A DNA stretch of 64,000 nucleotides, taken from NCBI RefSeq assembly GCF_009914755.1, contig NC_060926.1, one strand, 5' to 3'. Position 1 is the first letter of the stretch; each line of letters starts with the position of its first letter. The stretch comes from the human T2T-CHM13v2.0 reference genome, Homo sapiens. Below, in pieces: positions 1-12,182 of the stretch. Under the pieces are notes generated by a model that was not told where the DNA came from, did not search any database, and was given only the letters and a program-made list of their open reading frames with translations. The position numbers and the translations under genes are program-made.

Positions 1-3000
1 ATTTTTGAAAGGATTTTATGTCTCTATCTCCTTCAGTTCTGCTCTGATCTTAGTTACTTCTTGTCATCTGCTGGCTTTTGAATTTGTTTGCTCTTGCTTT
101 CTAGTTCTTTTAATTGTGATGTTTTGATGTCAATTTCAGATCTTTCCAGCTTTCTGAAGTGGGCATTTAGTGCTATTTCCCTCTTAACACTGCTTTTGCT
201 GCGTCCCAGAGATTCTGGTACGTTGTATCTTTGTTCTCATTGGTTTTGAATAATTCCCTTATTTCTGCCTTAATTTGGTTATTCACCCAGAAGTCATTCA
301 GAAGCATGTTGTTGTATTTCCACGCAGTTGTGCAGTTTTGAGTTTCTTAGTCCTGAGTTTTAATTTGACTGCAGTGTGGTCTGAGAGATTGTTATAATTT
401 CCATTATTTTGCATTTGCTGTGGAGTGTTTTACTTCCAATTATGTGTTCGATTTTAGAATTAAGTGCCATATGGTGCTGAGAAGAATGCATATTCTGTTG
501 ATTTGGGGTGGAGAGTTCTGTAGATGTCTATTAGGTCTGCTTGGTCCAGAGCTGAGTTCATGTTCTAAACACCCTTGTGAATTTTCTGTCTCTTTGATGT
601 GTCTAATATTGACAGTGGGGTGTTAAAGTCTTCCACTATTATTGGGTAGGAGTCTAAGTCTCTTTGTAGGTCTCTAAGAACTTGTTTTATGAATCTGGGT
701 GCTTCTGTGTTGGATGCATATGTATTTCGGATAGTTAGCTCTTCTTGTGGCATTGATCCCTTTGCCACTCTGTAATACCCTTCTTTGTCTTTTTTGATCT
801 TTGTTGGTTTAAAGTCTGTTTTGTCAGAGACTAGGATTGCAACTCCTGTTTTTTGTTCATTTGCTTGGTAAATATTCCTCCATCCTTTATTTGAGCCTGT
901 GTGTGTCTTTGCACATTAGATGGGTCTCCTGAATACAGCACACTGATGGTTCCTGACTTTTTATCCAATTTGCCAGTCTGTGTCTTTAAATTGGGGAATT
1001 AGCCCATTTACATTTAAGTTTAATATTGTTATGAGTGAATTTGATCCTGTCATCATGATGCTAGCTGGTTATGTTGCACATTAGTTGATGCAGTTTCTTC
1101 ATAGTGTCATGTCACTTGGTATTTATATTTTGGTGTGTTTTTGCAGTGGCTGGTACCAGTTTTTCCTTTCTATATTTAGTGCTTCTTTGAGGAGCTATTG
1201 TATTGCAGGCCTGGTGGTGACAAAATCTCTCAACATTTGCTTGTGTGTAAAGGATTTTATTTTTCCTTCACTTATGAAGCTTAGTTTGGCTAGATATGAA
1301 ATTCTGGGTTGAAAATTCTTTTCTTTAAGAATGTTGAATATTGGCCCCCACTCTCTTCTGGCTTGTAGGGTTTCTGCAGCCTGATTCGCTGTTAGTCTGA
1401 TGGGCTTCCCATTGTAGGTAACCTGACCTTTCTCTCTGGCTGTCCTTAACATTTTTTCCTTTGTTTCAACCTTGGAAAATCTCATGATTATGTGTCTTGG
1501 GGTTGTTCTTCTCGAGGAGTATCTTAGTGGTGTTCTCTGTATTTTCCCAATTTTGAATCTTGGCTTGTCTTGCTATGTTGGGGAAGTTCTCCTGGATAAT
1601 ATTGTGAAGTGAGTTTTCCAACTTGGTTCCATTCTCCCTGTCACTTTCCGGTACACCAATCAATCGTAGGTTTGGTCTTTTCACATAGTCCCACATTTCT
1701 TGGAGGCTTTTTCATTCCTTTTCATTCTTTTTTTTCTCTACTCTTGTCTTCACACCTTATTTCAGTAAGTTGACCTTCCATCTCTGATATCCTTTCTTCT
1801 GCTTGATTGATTCCACTACGTGTGTATGCTTCACAAAGTTCTTGTGCTGTGTTTTTCATCTCCATCAGGTCATTTATGTTCCTCTCTAAACTGGTTATTC
1901 TAGTTAGCAGTTCCTGTAAACTTTTATCAAGGTTCTTAGCTTCCTTGCATTGAGTTAGAACATGCTCCGCTAGCTCAGAGGAGTTTGTTATTAACCACCT
2001 TCGGAAGCCTACTTCTGTCAATTTATCAGTCCCATTCTCCATCCAGTTTTGTGCCCTTACCGGAGAGAAGCTGCGATCATATGGAGAAGAGGCATTATGC
2101 TTTTTGGAATTTTCAGCATTTTTGTCCTGGTTTTTCCTCATCTTTGTGAATTTATCTACCTTCAATCTTTGAGGTTGATGCCCTTTTGACGGGGTTTTTT
2201 TGTGGGGGTCCTTTTTGTTGATGTTGATGTTGTTGCTGCCTGTTAGTTTTTCTTCCAATAGTCAGGCTCCTCTTCTGCACGTTGGCTGAAAATTGCTGGA
2301 GGTCCACTCCAGACCGTTCACCTGGGTATCACCAATGGAGGCTGCAGAACATCAAAGATTGCTGCCTGCTCTTTCCTCTGGAAGCTTCGTCCCAGAGGGG
2401 CACCAAACTAATACCGCTGGAGCTATCCTGTATGAGGTGTCTGTTGACCCCTATTGGGAGGTCTCTCCAGTCAGGAGGCATAGGGGTCAGGGACCCACTT
2501 GAGGGAGGCAGTCTGTCCCTTAGCAGAGCTTGAATGCTGTGCTGGGAGAATCCTCCTTGTCAGGATCAGCTGCTCTCTTCAGAGCTGGCTGGCAGGAAAG
2601 GTTAAGTCCGCTAAAGCTGCGCCCACAGCCATCCCTTCTCCCAGGTGCTCTGTCCCAGGTAGATAGGACTTTTATCTGTAAACCCCTGACTGGTGCTGCT
2701 GCCTTTTCTTCAGAAATGCCCTGCCCAGTGAGCAGGAATCTAAAGAAGGAGTCTGGTGACAGCCGATTTGCCACGCTGTGGTGAATACCATCCAGTCCAG
2801 ACCTCCCAGCCTCCTTAGCACTCTCGGGGGAAACCGCCTACTAAAGCCTCAGTAATGGTGGATGCCCCTCCCCCTACCAAGCTCCTTCATCCCAGGTCAA
2901 CTTCAGACTGCTGTGCTGGCAGTGAGAATTTCAAGCCTGTGGTTCTTAGCTTTGTGGGCTCCATGGGAGTGGGACCTGCTGAGTGTGACCACTTGTCTCC

Positions 3001-3450
3001 CTGGCTTCAGTCCCCTTTCCAGGGGAGTGAATGATTCTGTCTTGCTGGGGTTCCAGGTGCCACTGGGGAACACACACACACAAAACTCCTACAGCTGGCT
3101 CAGTGTCTGCCCAAACAGCAGCCCAGTTTTGTGCTCGATACCCAGGGAGGCACACGAGGGACTCTCTTGATCTGCAGATTGCAAAATACATGGGAAAAGT
3201 ACAGTATCTGGGCAGGGTAGCACAGTCCCTCACAGCTTCCCTTGGCTAGGGGAGGGAGGTCCCCTGGCTCCTGGGTGAGGCAATGCCCCACCCTGCTTCT
3301 GTTCGCCCTCCATGGGCTGCACCCACTGCCTAAGCAGTCCCAATGAGATGAATTGGGTATCTCAGTTGGAAATGCGGAAATCACCCGCCTTCTGTGTTGG
3401 TCTTGCTGGGAGCTGCAGACTGGAGCTGTTCCTATTCGGCCATCTTGCCA
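1..3450 (-). mobile_element. LINE-1 (L1PA7/L1PA8-like) with intact 5' end, 5'UTR, disrupted ORF1 and the start of ORF2; continues beyond window start
   Basis: The reverse strand from ~3450 reads CAAGATGGCCGAATAGGAACAGCTCC... (L1 5' end). ORF1 fragments include MWDYVKRPNLRLIGVPE and ARREWGPIFNILKEKNFQPRISY. The ORF2 endonuclease start MTGSNSLITIL is at 1053. Confidence 0.96.
1123..2141 (-). pseudogene. L1 ORF1 remnant (frameshifted)
   Basis: Three ORF-track fragments (1195-1485, 1466-1696, 1722-2258) match successive parts of ORF1p in different frames. ATG at 2141, stop at 1123. Confidence 0.92.
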
Positions 3451-3459
3451 GATTGCCTG

Positions 3460-4460
3460 AAATGGATCTTGAACCAGAAAAATGACATTGATGGGCACTA
3501 GCGAGATTGTAATAAAGTCTGTAGATTAAAAACAAGAACAAGGGATTGGGCTGTAAATGGTATCAAATGTATCAATAGCAGCATTGGAATCCAGAAGACA
3601 ATAGAGTGGCATATTCAAATTTCTGTACAAAATTTATCTCTAATCTAGAATTCTATACACATTCAGGCCATAAATCAATATGAGAGAATACAAATAATTT
3701 TTAAACATGGAAGTTCCCCAAAATGTATTTTATATGCACTTTTTCACCTTTATGTATTCTTGCTAAAGAAGTTATTGAAAGGTGTAATATATCCAAAGAG
3801 GGAGCAAAATGAAACAGTTCCTGGTATCGAATAAACAAGGTTTCAATATATGAGAAATGCAAAGAGGCGTTTCCTCATGATGTGAATGGATGTGCCGAAA
3901 GGGAGATGCACAGGAGGCCCCCAGGGTACTTGCTGCAGACTGGAGGTAGAGGAACAATGGTGTATTACAGAAATGAAAGGTGTCAGAATACTTGGCCAAT
4001 GGTTTAAAAAAATACATTTAAAAAGTTATCCAAATATTAACTCTAAGAAAAACAAATATATATATATATATATACACACCCATATATTTGAAGCAATATG
4101 ATTACAGTACTCTCTGACTCAACAGAATCATAATTATGAAAATAACCAGTGTGGGCGTAATCAGTGTCATATAGCCACAGTGGCAGAATGACTGCATGGA
4201 AAGTGAATGAATGAGAGGTAAAATGTTAATTTTATATAATAGAAATGTTATAGATAGTATCTAATATGGATGAATTAGGAGACAGCAGTTTTTATCTATT
4301 TTTTGTAAATGTGGTAGAACATTACAGGTGAAACCACTAAAATGATTTAAATAATTGGTTATCAGGAAGAGAATTCAGGAAGATGAGAGAGTTTTATGTC
4401 TTTTAGGACTATTTAACTTTTTAAACTATGTTCATGTTTATCTTAATAAAACACAAAAAT
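3460..4460 (+). mobile_element. Old, diverged L1M fragments
   Basis: L1M-like motifs such as 'tctagaattctatacac' and 'aataaagtctgtagatta'. Boundaries approximate. Confidence 0.55.
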
Positions 4461-4489
4461 ACATTGAAAATAAATATATAATTTTTTAG

Positions 4490-5247
4490 GCCGCAGTCAC
4501 ACCAATATGAAGATAATAAACAATGTCCCAACTTTTGTCCTGATTGATGCTTTATCTCTTTAATCCACCTGAAAAAAAAAATAAACCTGGAGTAATATAT
4601 TTCACAAAACAGCAATTAAAGAGGCGGTTCTCCAAATAGATGGTATCCCCATCTTTTCACCTCATCAGGTATGAGAGGAATTTCCAGAAAAATAACCAGA
4701 TATTAATAGGCTTTTCTTTTGTTAAATCAATATTGCATTATAGCTATAACCTGAGAAATTTCCTACCATCATCCTTCCAAACCCCACCTCTCCATTCAAC
4801 TGAGCCCTCCGGATGAGTTACAGACCTTACCTTATCACCTCTCCTGCACTGCCAACTCTCTCCCAAAACTAACTGCATTCTTCAAGGAAACAGAATAGAA
4901 TTTCCTCCAGGACTCCTCCCTCAATATCATAGCTTAGGGAGGAACAAATCTTGAAGGAATCATCAGTCAACTTGAATGAAATGCTCCAGGAGGAGCAACA
5001 GCATCTGTCTGCACAACAAATACCAGCTGGGATTAAAAAAACTGATCATCTAAATCCATTATTCTAGAATGTTTACAAACAAAGAAATTAGGATTTTTCT
5101 TCAACATACTAATGTGTTTCTTCTGTTTATACAAAAGCATGAAGAATTAATTATTACTTAATCATGAGTCAGGGACGTCTCCAAAAGTATCTCAAGCTAT
5201 TTTGCCTCTAGCTGTATTTTCTTTTCAATTGTTTGTCCATTTTTTAA
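4490..5247 (+). pseudogene. Candidate fossil Ig-superfamily unit 1: 3' half of V exon (to 4668), C1 exon (~4756-5070), TM exon (~5135-5247)
   Basis: V end MLYLFNPPEKKNKPGVIYF with donor CAG|GTATGA, then an 87-nt intron. Single-frame C1-like PSKPHLSIQLSPPDELQTLPYHLSCTANSLPK...IISQLE*NAPGGATASVC. TM-like YLKLFCL*LYFLFNCLSIF. Confidence 0.5.
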
Positions 5248-5309
5248 GCCCTTAAGGAATCCTTTGCTGCATCCTACCAGACTGAGTTAGCTGGCCAAGT
5301 TATGGGCTT

Positions 5310-5610
5310 TCATATTCCATTTATAATTAAGTTATTAGTTTTGTCACTATTTGTTTAATTGTACCTTCTTCCCAGAGTGTGACACTCAAGGAGACAGAGA
5401 ATGTATCTCTTTCTTACCACTAGGTCTCAGTGTTTTAGACACTCAGATATATGTTTATTTGTTTTTGACTGATAGGCTGTAGGAGTGAATAGCTAAAATT
5501 ATGAGCTTTGGAGACTCAAGAATTGTTGCCTATATTAAGTCATCTGTAAAAAAAGATAATAATGTATAGTACATATGTCTAAAGTAATTAGAAAGACTAA
5601 ATGATGCAAT
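5310..5610. mobile_element. L2 3' end followed by MIR fragment
   Basis: Diverged L2 3' tail motifs, then a MIR core-like 'catctgtaaaa...gataataat'. Confidence 0.6.
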
Positions 5611-7171
5611 AGGGCTCTTCAAGATGGTAATTACTTTAAAAATGTTACATTTTATTTATTTTTGGATTGTTGATAATAGAGACCTTCAGGACAATCAAAA
5701 CAATAACAGAATAACAATGGTTTCCAAATATATACTTTACAGTAAAATTAATCTGGACAGGCTAGAGGAAAACAGCGCTGCATTGTAATTAGACAGGCTG
5801 CCTAGGAACTTGACTGCTTATTGTAAAGTACAATGAGGACTTTGGACAGGCTGGAGAGAGGTAACATGAGCAACAAAGGAAAGGAAGATTCTCAAACATA
5901 CTAAATGTTTTCAAAACATTAAAGTTATACCGCATCTAGATCTCTTTTTGGAGGGTTCTGGTCTTGGTACAAGACCAGAATATTAAAACATAGCACTGAT
6001 CACAATCAGCTTAAGTGCTTACTTAGTATTTATTGATAAATTAGTTTATAATCATTGTTTATAGATATATTCTATACAATGTATTATATGGTTTTAGAGA
6101 TACAGTTTTCTATGTAGCGATCATATATAGCAAAAAATATTTGGAGAAAGCTTCAGAGAAATCAAGAAGAAATGTGAAGGTCTGTAAACAATTTTTCAGG
6201 CCTCCATGATCTGATTATTCAAGACCGTTTCTCTGCCTATCCACCTTTCTTCACTTCGATGACCAAAACTGAGGCTTTTGTAACTCTGAGAAGGAAGACT
6301 TACTTCTCCCTTTCTTCCTGATTCCTTTTCTTACCTGCTTCCTCATGGACCTTGCTCAATTAGTTTTCACCTTTTTTTCTTTATTTTCAAATGATACACT
6401 ATGCACTGTATCTACAGAAGAAGAAACAAATGCCCAAACCTAGAAAGTTTTGTACGTGGTTTCAGAAGATCTGTGAACTTGTCTGAAGTTCATCTATTAA
6501 TCTTAAAGTAGTCAGTGCAGTGAAACAAACTCCTGGTCTTTAATAGTTGATGTTTCTACATTCATCCTTTTTGTTCTTTCATTCCATTCTGGTATTTGGC
6601 CTTAGGCTCTTTCTTCCCACTTTAATGCTTTTGCCTGGGTCACCAACATGGGAATTTAATGTGAATAAAATACCTTGCAGAGGGTACACAATGCTTGCGT
6701 ACCACTGAGGTAGTGGCCGATGTCCTTATAAGGCACCATATTAGTTTAGCTTTCCTTCAGTTTTTAATTTTGCAAGCATTTTGTAAAGTTTACATGACAA
6801 AAAATTAAAATTGGACATGTGTCAATGCTAATTAATTGATATTATATACAATTTTGTCTTAAACTTTAGTACACCTCATTTTGTTACAATTATATTATCT
6901 TTCTGGAAAATCAGGATATTATTTTAGGATCCTGGGATTTGAGAAGCACTGTATATAGTTATTTAACGAGATTCCTGAAACAAGAGAATCAATGAATGCT
7001 TTTCATTTTCCACCTGCCTAACACCCCTGTTGTATTATTTCCTTCTTGAAACTTTCTTTTTCTTTGTGTTTGCTGAAATCTCATTTTTCTGGCTCAATTT
7101 CTCTGGCACGTCTTCTCAAGAGATCTGGTTTTATTCCAGCTCTTTCTCTGGTTTAGCACTGTTTTAAAGAA

Positions 7172-7275
7172 CTTTATACAATAATCTGCATGACAAACAC
7201 CAGTGACAAGTGTTTACCTGTATAACAAACTTGCACACATACTGTTGAACCTAAAATAAAAGTTAAAAAAAAATA
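7172..7275 (+). mobile_element. Short L1PA 3'-end fragment with A-tail
   Basis: 'tttacctgtataacaaacttgcacac...aacctaaaataaaagttaaaaaaaa'. Confidence 0.75.
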
Positions 7276-7629
7276 TGCAATTTTTCATATAAGGTATATA
7301 CAAAGGGCCTGGTAGTTGGTAGTTCTTAATGTATGTTAGTTATTATTATTATTGAATTAGAGGAGCAAAAATTTCTCCAGCGTTGACTGCTCTTGCAGTG
7401 ATCACACCAAAGAATATGAAATGATAAAAGCCTATTGCAGTAGTGGCTATAGAAATGAAGATGGGGGAGTAGACTTGGAAAATACTCCAAATAAGTCTAT
7501 GGATAAGACACAATTTTTTTTACATTGGAATTATGCAATGTAATTAAACATAAATTACAATGTGGTTAAGATAAATGTATAGTTTTTAAAAAAGGAAAAC
7601 AACTTTATGCAAAGAGGAACATGTTTGGT

Positions 7630-7785
7630 ATCTGTCTGAATAATACAGTAGTCACTAGTCATATGTAGCTATATTGAGCATTTGCAGTGAAACTGAGAAA
7701 CTGCATTTTAAAATTTTATTTTTTGTAATTTAAGCTTAAATAGCAACATGTGGCTAATCGCTACTATATTGATCAATGTAGCACT
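7630..7785. mobile_element. MER3-like hAT-Charlie DNA transposon
   Basis: Palindromic arms 'gtagtcactagtcatatgtagcta' and 'tagcaacatgtggctaatcgctac' flank the MER3-type core 'actgagaaactgcattttaaaattttattt'. Confidence 0.8.
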
Positions 7786-8329
7786 TGAAAATAGTATGAT
7801 ATTAGGAAGATATTTCTCTTCTCAGCTGCTTCATCTGCAAAATAAAGAGGTACAAAAAGTTGGTTTCCATGATCTTGTCTACTTTCTAGCTCTAAAATTT
7901 TGCTTGTATTTCTTCACATGAAGAACAAAAGTGATTTTCTGAAAACTATGATGTGAAGCAGGTTGAATACTGGAGAAGAGAATTAGCACTAATTTAGTCA
8001 CTGTCATTTATTCAGAAAGAATTTGGACAAAGAAAGTAGAATGCCACTTAGTAAATTACAGTCTGATGCTAAAAGAGGCATGAGCATTAGCAACTTTGGT
8101 TTTAACTGATTTAGGAAACATTGACTGAAATAAGAAAACATAGGTTCTATGGTAGATTTAAAAGTTATTGCATTTTAAATCTTGTGAGCTGTATATATTA
8201 TTTCTTAAGAAATTTCTTCAACATATTATTCAAGGGTCTGTATACAGTGGCCATTCAGTAAACGTGGCTGATTTCAAATGATTTTTACAGCAAGAATTTA
8301 GAGACTATATTTCAAATGAGAAAATGCCC

Positions 8330-8348
8330 TGCCGCCCTCTGGTGTTCA
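8330..8348 (-). promoter_or_regulatory. CTCF-binding motif (candidate)
   Basis: Reverse strand TGAACACCAGAGGGCGGCA is a close match to the CTCF core CCACCAGGGGGCGC, in an AT-rich background. Confidence 0.65.
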
Positions 8349-8426
8349 AATTTAGCCTTGTATGCCACACAGTCAGTATCCCCTTCCCTTACTCCCACCA
8401 TTTCATTAAGCTTTTTCCTATTGCAG

Positions 8427-11400
8427 ATAGGGTGTTGTGCATAATTTTGGCTCAGCAAGCAGATCTATTTTTATTCTAGCTATAGCTTTGGTGATATTAG
8501 TAAATGTGTTTGACATGTTTAAGTTGATGCAATTGGTATATCTGAAATAATTCCAGCCTGTAATACAAAATTCAGAGTTTGTATTGGTTCTCTCTTTTTC
8601 TCACCTTCTTTCCCTCCCTTGCTCCTTTCCTTTTCTCTCCCTCTCATTAATTACTTGGTGTATTAGTCTCTGTTCTCCTATATTTATTGATATTTTGTTA
8701 ATATTTTCTCTCATAATAATATATAATCTTATAATAATACATAGCATATATATATAATTACAATACACATATATTTCATGCAATTATGGAGGTTGAGAGG
8801 TCCTGAGATCGGCACTCAGACACATATTATGCTAGGCACAAGGCTGACAGTTTCTATTGTCTAATAAAGGATACAGACAAATAAATAGGACTTATAGTGT
8901 AATGTGATAAGTGCATTAAAAATAAAGTGTTATGGAGGATCAAGAAGAATTTTTATCAATATAGATGACAGAAATAAAAAAAGAAACTTCTCATAAGAAG
9001 TTATGGCTAAGCTTTGACTAATGTAGCAATTTCAATCACAAATCCATTAACAGTTGGTTTGGTTGTATCTGCAAGAAATTTGACCAAGAGGTATAAGAGT
9101 AAGGGGCTTATATTTCCAGAGATGATATTTGTTTGGAAATAGGGATGAGTTTGTAAAGAAAAATAAATAAATAAATAAATAAATAAATAAAACCTGGAAA
9201 TCATTATCTTCCACTAAATAGTTGAGTCTCCCCTAAACTAGGCTTAAGGGAAAATAAGGAAAGTGGAGAAAGAAATAAGTTGGCAGGAAGGACAATAGAA
9301 GGTTTTTAAATCATTTCAGTAAAAAATAATGCACTAAAGTGTTTTAGGGAAAGGATCACATGTGAAATTCTAGCAGACTAAAGGGAATTTATATAAAATC
9401 AATGCTCAAACTTTATTTGAGAAAATCTGTTTAGAGAACTCAGAATCCCAGGAAATCTTTGCTACACTTTGGGGGAGGTGAGTGTGATCTTATAAAAAGA
9501 CCATTTTATATTGGAATCGAGAAAAAAAAAACATCATAGTGAGGGTCAAAATTAGACGTTAAGTTCCAGATGTTTTTAAATTTGCTTTAGAAAATCATCT
9601 TTCTTATTTTACTGATAATTGAGAATTTATCATCCAAGACATCTGCAATTTCAGATTTTAAAATTTCTACAAATGCTATAATTGTGACTAAAAGAACTTT
9701 CTGCATACAATCGATGGCAATAGCTTTTTGGCTTCCACACACAGAGTCATTAAGAATAAATGTCAGTATTTGTAATGGTACAAAAATTAGTCTTGCTGCA
9801 ATGGTAATGATTTTCAATAGTCCAAGAGTGAGGAAGAAAAATTGAAAACGCATTTAGCTGCTGAGGATAATGTAAGAAATAGATTACTGCTCCAGCAGTT
9901 TCTCCAAGTATTGAGGACTTGAGACCAAGAAAACTATAATTGTCTAGCTGAAAACTCACAATTTTATGTGGAGCACAATCACTTCATTTTACCTAAAATC
10001 AATTGTTTAAAAATAGTATTTATTTTTTAAATTTGTATTAATGACATTAGATACAATGTATATGGCATTCATTTCATGGAGAGTTAGTTATTCTTGAAGT
10101 CAGAGTCAGAATGAAGTGTGTAAATAATGCAGTATATGGTGCTCAAATAATTTGTTTCTATGAAAATAGCCTAGATTCATTTTTCAGTGGGGCTCCTCTC
10201 TCCTCAGCTAGTTCCTTCATTCCTTGTCCATCTGAGATCTAGTCTTCACTTGTTCTGAGGCTGCAAATAATTCCGAATTGCTTACTCATGTGTCAGTGAC
10301 TTGGGGGCAACTCAGCCTGTGCCTCTCTCACATTGAACACAACTGGACAAAGATGCTTCTACTTAAAGAATTCTAGGCTTTCTCATGTGTGGTGACATAA
10401 CTAGATCATAAGAAAGAAGCCCCTGGCCTCTGAAAAAAAAATGCAGGATGCTTATTTTTTCAATTAAAAATATACACCTAATTCTGTAGGTTTTAAATCC
10501 AGTGAAAATGATCATTTGGAGCATTCTTAAAGGGGAAATGAGTTTATTTAAAGTCAGCACACAAGAAGCAAAGGCATTGGAACTATGGAGCTTTGGTCTG
10601 ACGACTGTCATTACAGCCAGCCTTCATCGAGCACACATCCTATGCTGTGTTAAAGGCACACAAGGGAAATAAAATTATCATCCCAAGATAAGCACTGAGT
10701 CCATGCTCTTAACCTCTAGAGGATAACCTCTTAACCTTCAGATTCTGAGCCAATCACAGTACTCAAACTTCAGTTTTCATTAAAATGGCTTGAAGAACTA
10801 ATTGAAAACCTAGTAAATACTGAGTGGGAGAGTGGGGTTCGGGGATCTCCATTTTAAGTTTAGATCAGATCACAAGTTTAGACACACGAGAGTCTGTCCT
10901 TTACTGGTTTGGCAAGGATCATGAATATAATAATGGAGTAATTTTGTACCGTTAGCTTAAGGTATTCGTTTGTGAGGAGTAGAAGGAGCTGCCTCTTTAC
11001 ACCCCTCCCCCTCCTGCATGAGCTGCCTCCCTGCATTACTGTTGAGCACCAGCCAAGCACCTTCCTAGGGGCTGCTCTATTTTCTCTAGAAAAGTGCCCT
11101 CGCTTCATCCAAATATTCACTTTTCCTAATGTAACTGCTTTTAAGCGTTGATATATTCTTAGAACGCTATGCCAAGCGTCAGAAGAATGTAATACTCCTC
11201 TCACGCCCGCTGGGACATGCTGAGTGGAGAGTTGAAAAGTAACTCCTTCCAAGTTTTACTAAGAGCCATGAGTGGCAAGTTAAAGTTGAATCCATTTTCT
11301 AAACACAATTAAATAGAGATGCTAAAAGGAAGTAGTCATCTTTTATGGCAATAACACAATTTCCAGTATTATTGTAACTTGAATATAAAAGAAGTGTTAA

Positions 11401-11549
11401 ATAACTTGTAAAATGAATTAGCATCTCGGTCATTTTTTTCCCTTATTTCTAACCACTCTCTTTCCACTTTCACTGACATCTAAATGTACTTCTAAATTTA
11501 TTTTGCAGTGAATATTATTTATAACCATCTAAAAGGAATCCAGGTTTAG
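8427..11549 (+). pseudogene. Candidate fossil unit 2: IgH-like gene with partial V (8427-~8590), four C1 exons (~9010-9290, 9591-9871, 10188-~10430, ~10800-11060), TM (~11090-11188) and cytoplasmic exon (11509-11549)
   Basis: Acceptors at 8426, 9590, 10187, 11089 and 11508; donor at 9872. Motifs: DRVLCIILAQ..MCLTC; CICKKFDQEV; NFY/NAIIVT; LVFTC..HVSVTW..AFSCVVT*LD in one frame; KPSKY..RESVLYW..LYR*LKV..EE*K..YT../LHELP; TF/LM*LLLS/LIYS. Confidence 0.6.
8660..8815 (+). mobile_element. MLT2-like LTR 5' fragment with TA-rich tract
   Basis: 'tgtattagtc...ttctcc' start and 'caattatggaggttgagaggtcc'. Confidence 0.6.
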
Positions 11550-11917
11550 TCTCACACCAAGTTTTGTAATGTCTGAGCAGTGCATAGTGCACTTAAGAAA
11601 TGTTAACAGAAATAATGACTGTACTGTAAGTGCTATAAAATATGAAAAATATGTGTTTGGGTAAAGTTGTTGGTTTTGATAAAGCTTGGCATTAGCACTG
11701 GTCTTATTAATATATTCAGAATTTCAGCTTATGTGAAAGATCCGTTATTTGAGGATACTAACCTGGTATGTGCTGCTAGGATGGGTAAAGGTGTGCCCCA
11801 GATATGAAAAATAAAATGGTATGGAATTTAAAAAAAAGTCAGAAAGTCAATCTAACAGTATTCTTGAGTATCAAATTCAAAACCAGCAAATAATTTTGTT
11901 CATTAAAAAGGCAATGC

Positions 11918-12096
11918 TAAATACAAAAATTAGCTAGGCATGGTATCGCACGCCTGTAATTTCACCTATTCGGGAGGCTGAGGCAGAAGAATCATTTGAA
12001 CCCAGGAGACGGAGGTGGCAGTGAGCCAAGATCACACCACTGCACTCCAGCCTGGGTGGCAAAGTGAGACTCTGCCTCCCCCCAAAAAAAAAAAAA
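11918..12096 (+). mobile_element. 5'-truncated AluS (linker plus right arm)
   Basis: Alu right-arm sequence with A-tail, flanked by TSD-like aaaaggcaa(t/g)gc. Confidence 0.93.
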
Positions 12097-12182
12097 GGCA
12101 AGGCAACACTGTAGAAATACGGAATATCTTTCTAGAGTATGACAGGCAAACTTGGGCTACCTGAGCACATCTGTCACCACTT

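Noticed and set aside
2282-3498. Cluster of overlapping ORFs
   Set aside because: GC-rich L1 5'UTR; not genes.
5281-5360. QVMGFHIPFIIKLLVL, resembling the TRAC TM (VIGFRILLLK)
   Set aside because: It runs into and overlaps an L2 3'-end sequence, so it is probably coincidence. It also shows the over-fitting risk of by-eye motif matching.
9587-9853. Minus-strand 88-aa ORF vaguely like a hAT transposase (EIADVLDDKFSII)
   Set aside because: No catalytic DE motif or terminal repeats; better explained as the antisense of the + strand C1-like exon.
10878-11252. 124-aa minus-strand ORF
   Set aside because: No recognisable protein and a non-ATG start; it overlies the + strand C1/TM remnants.
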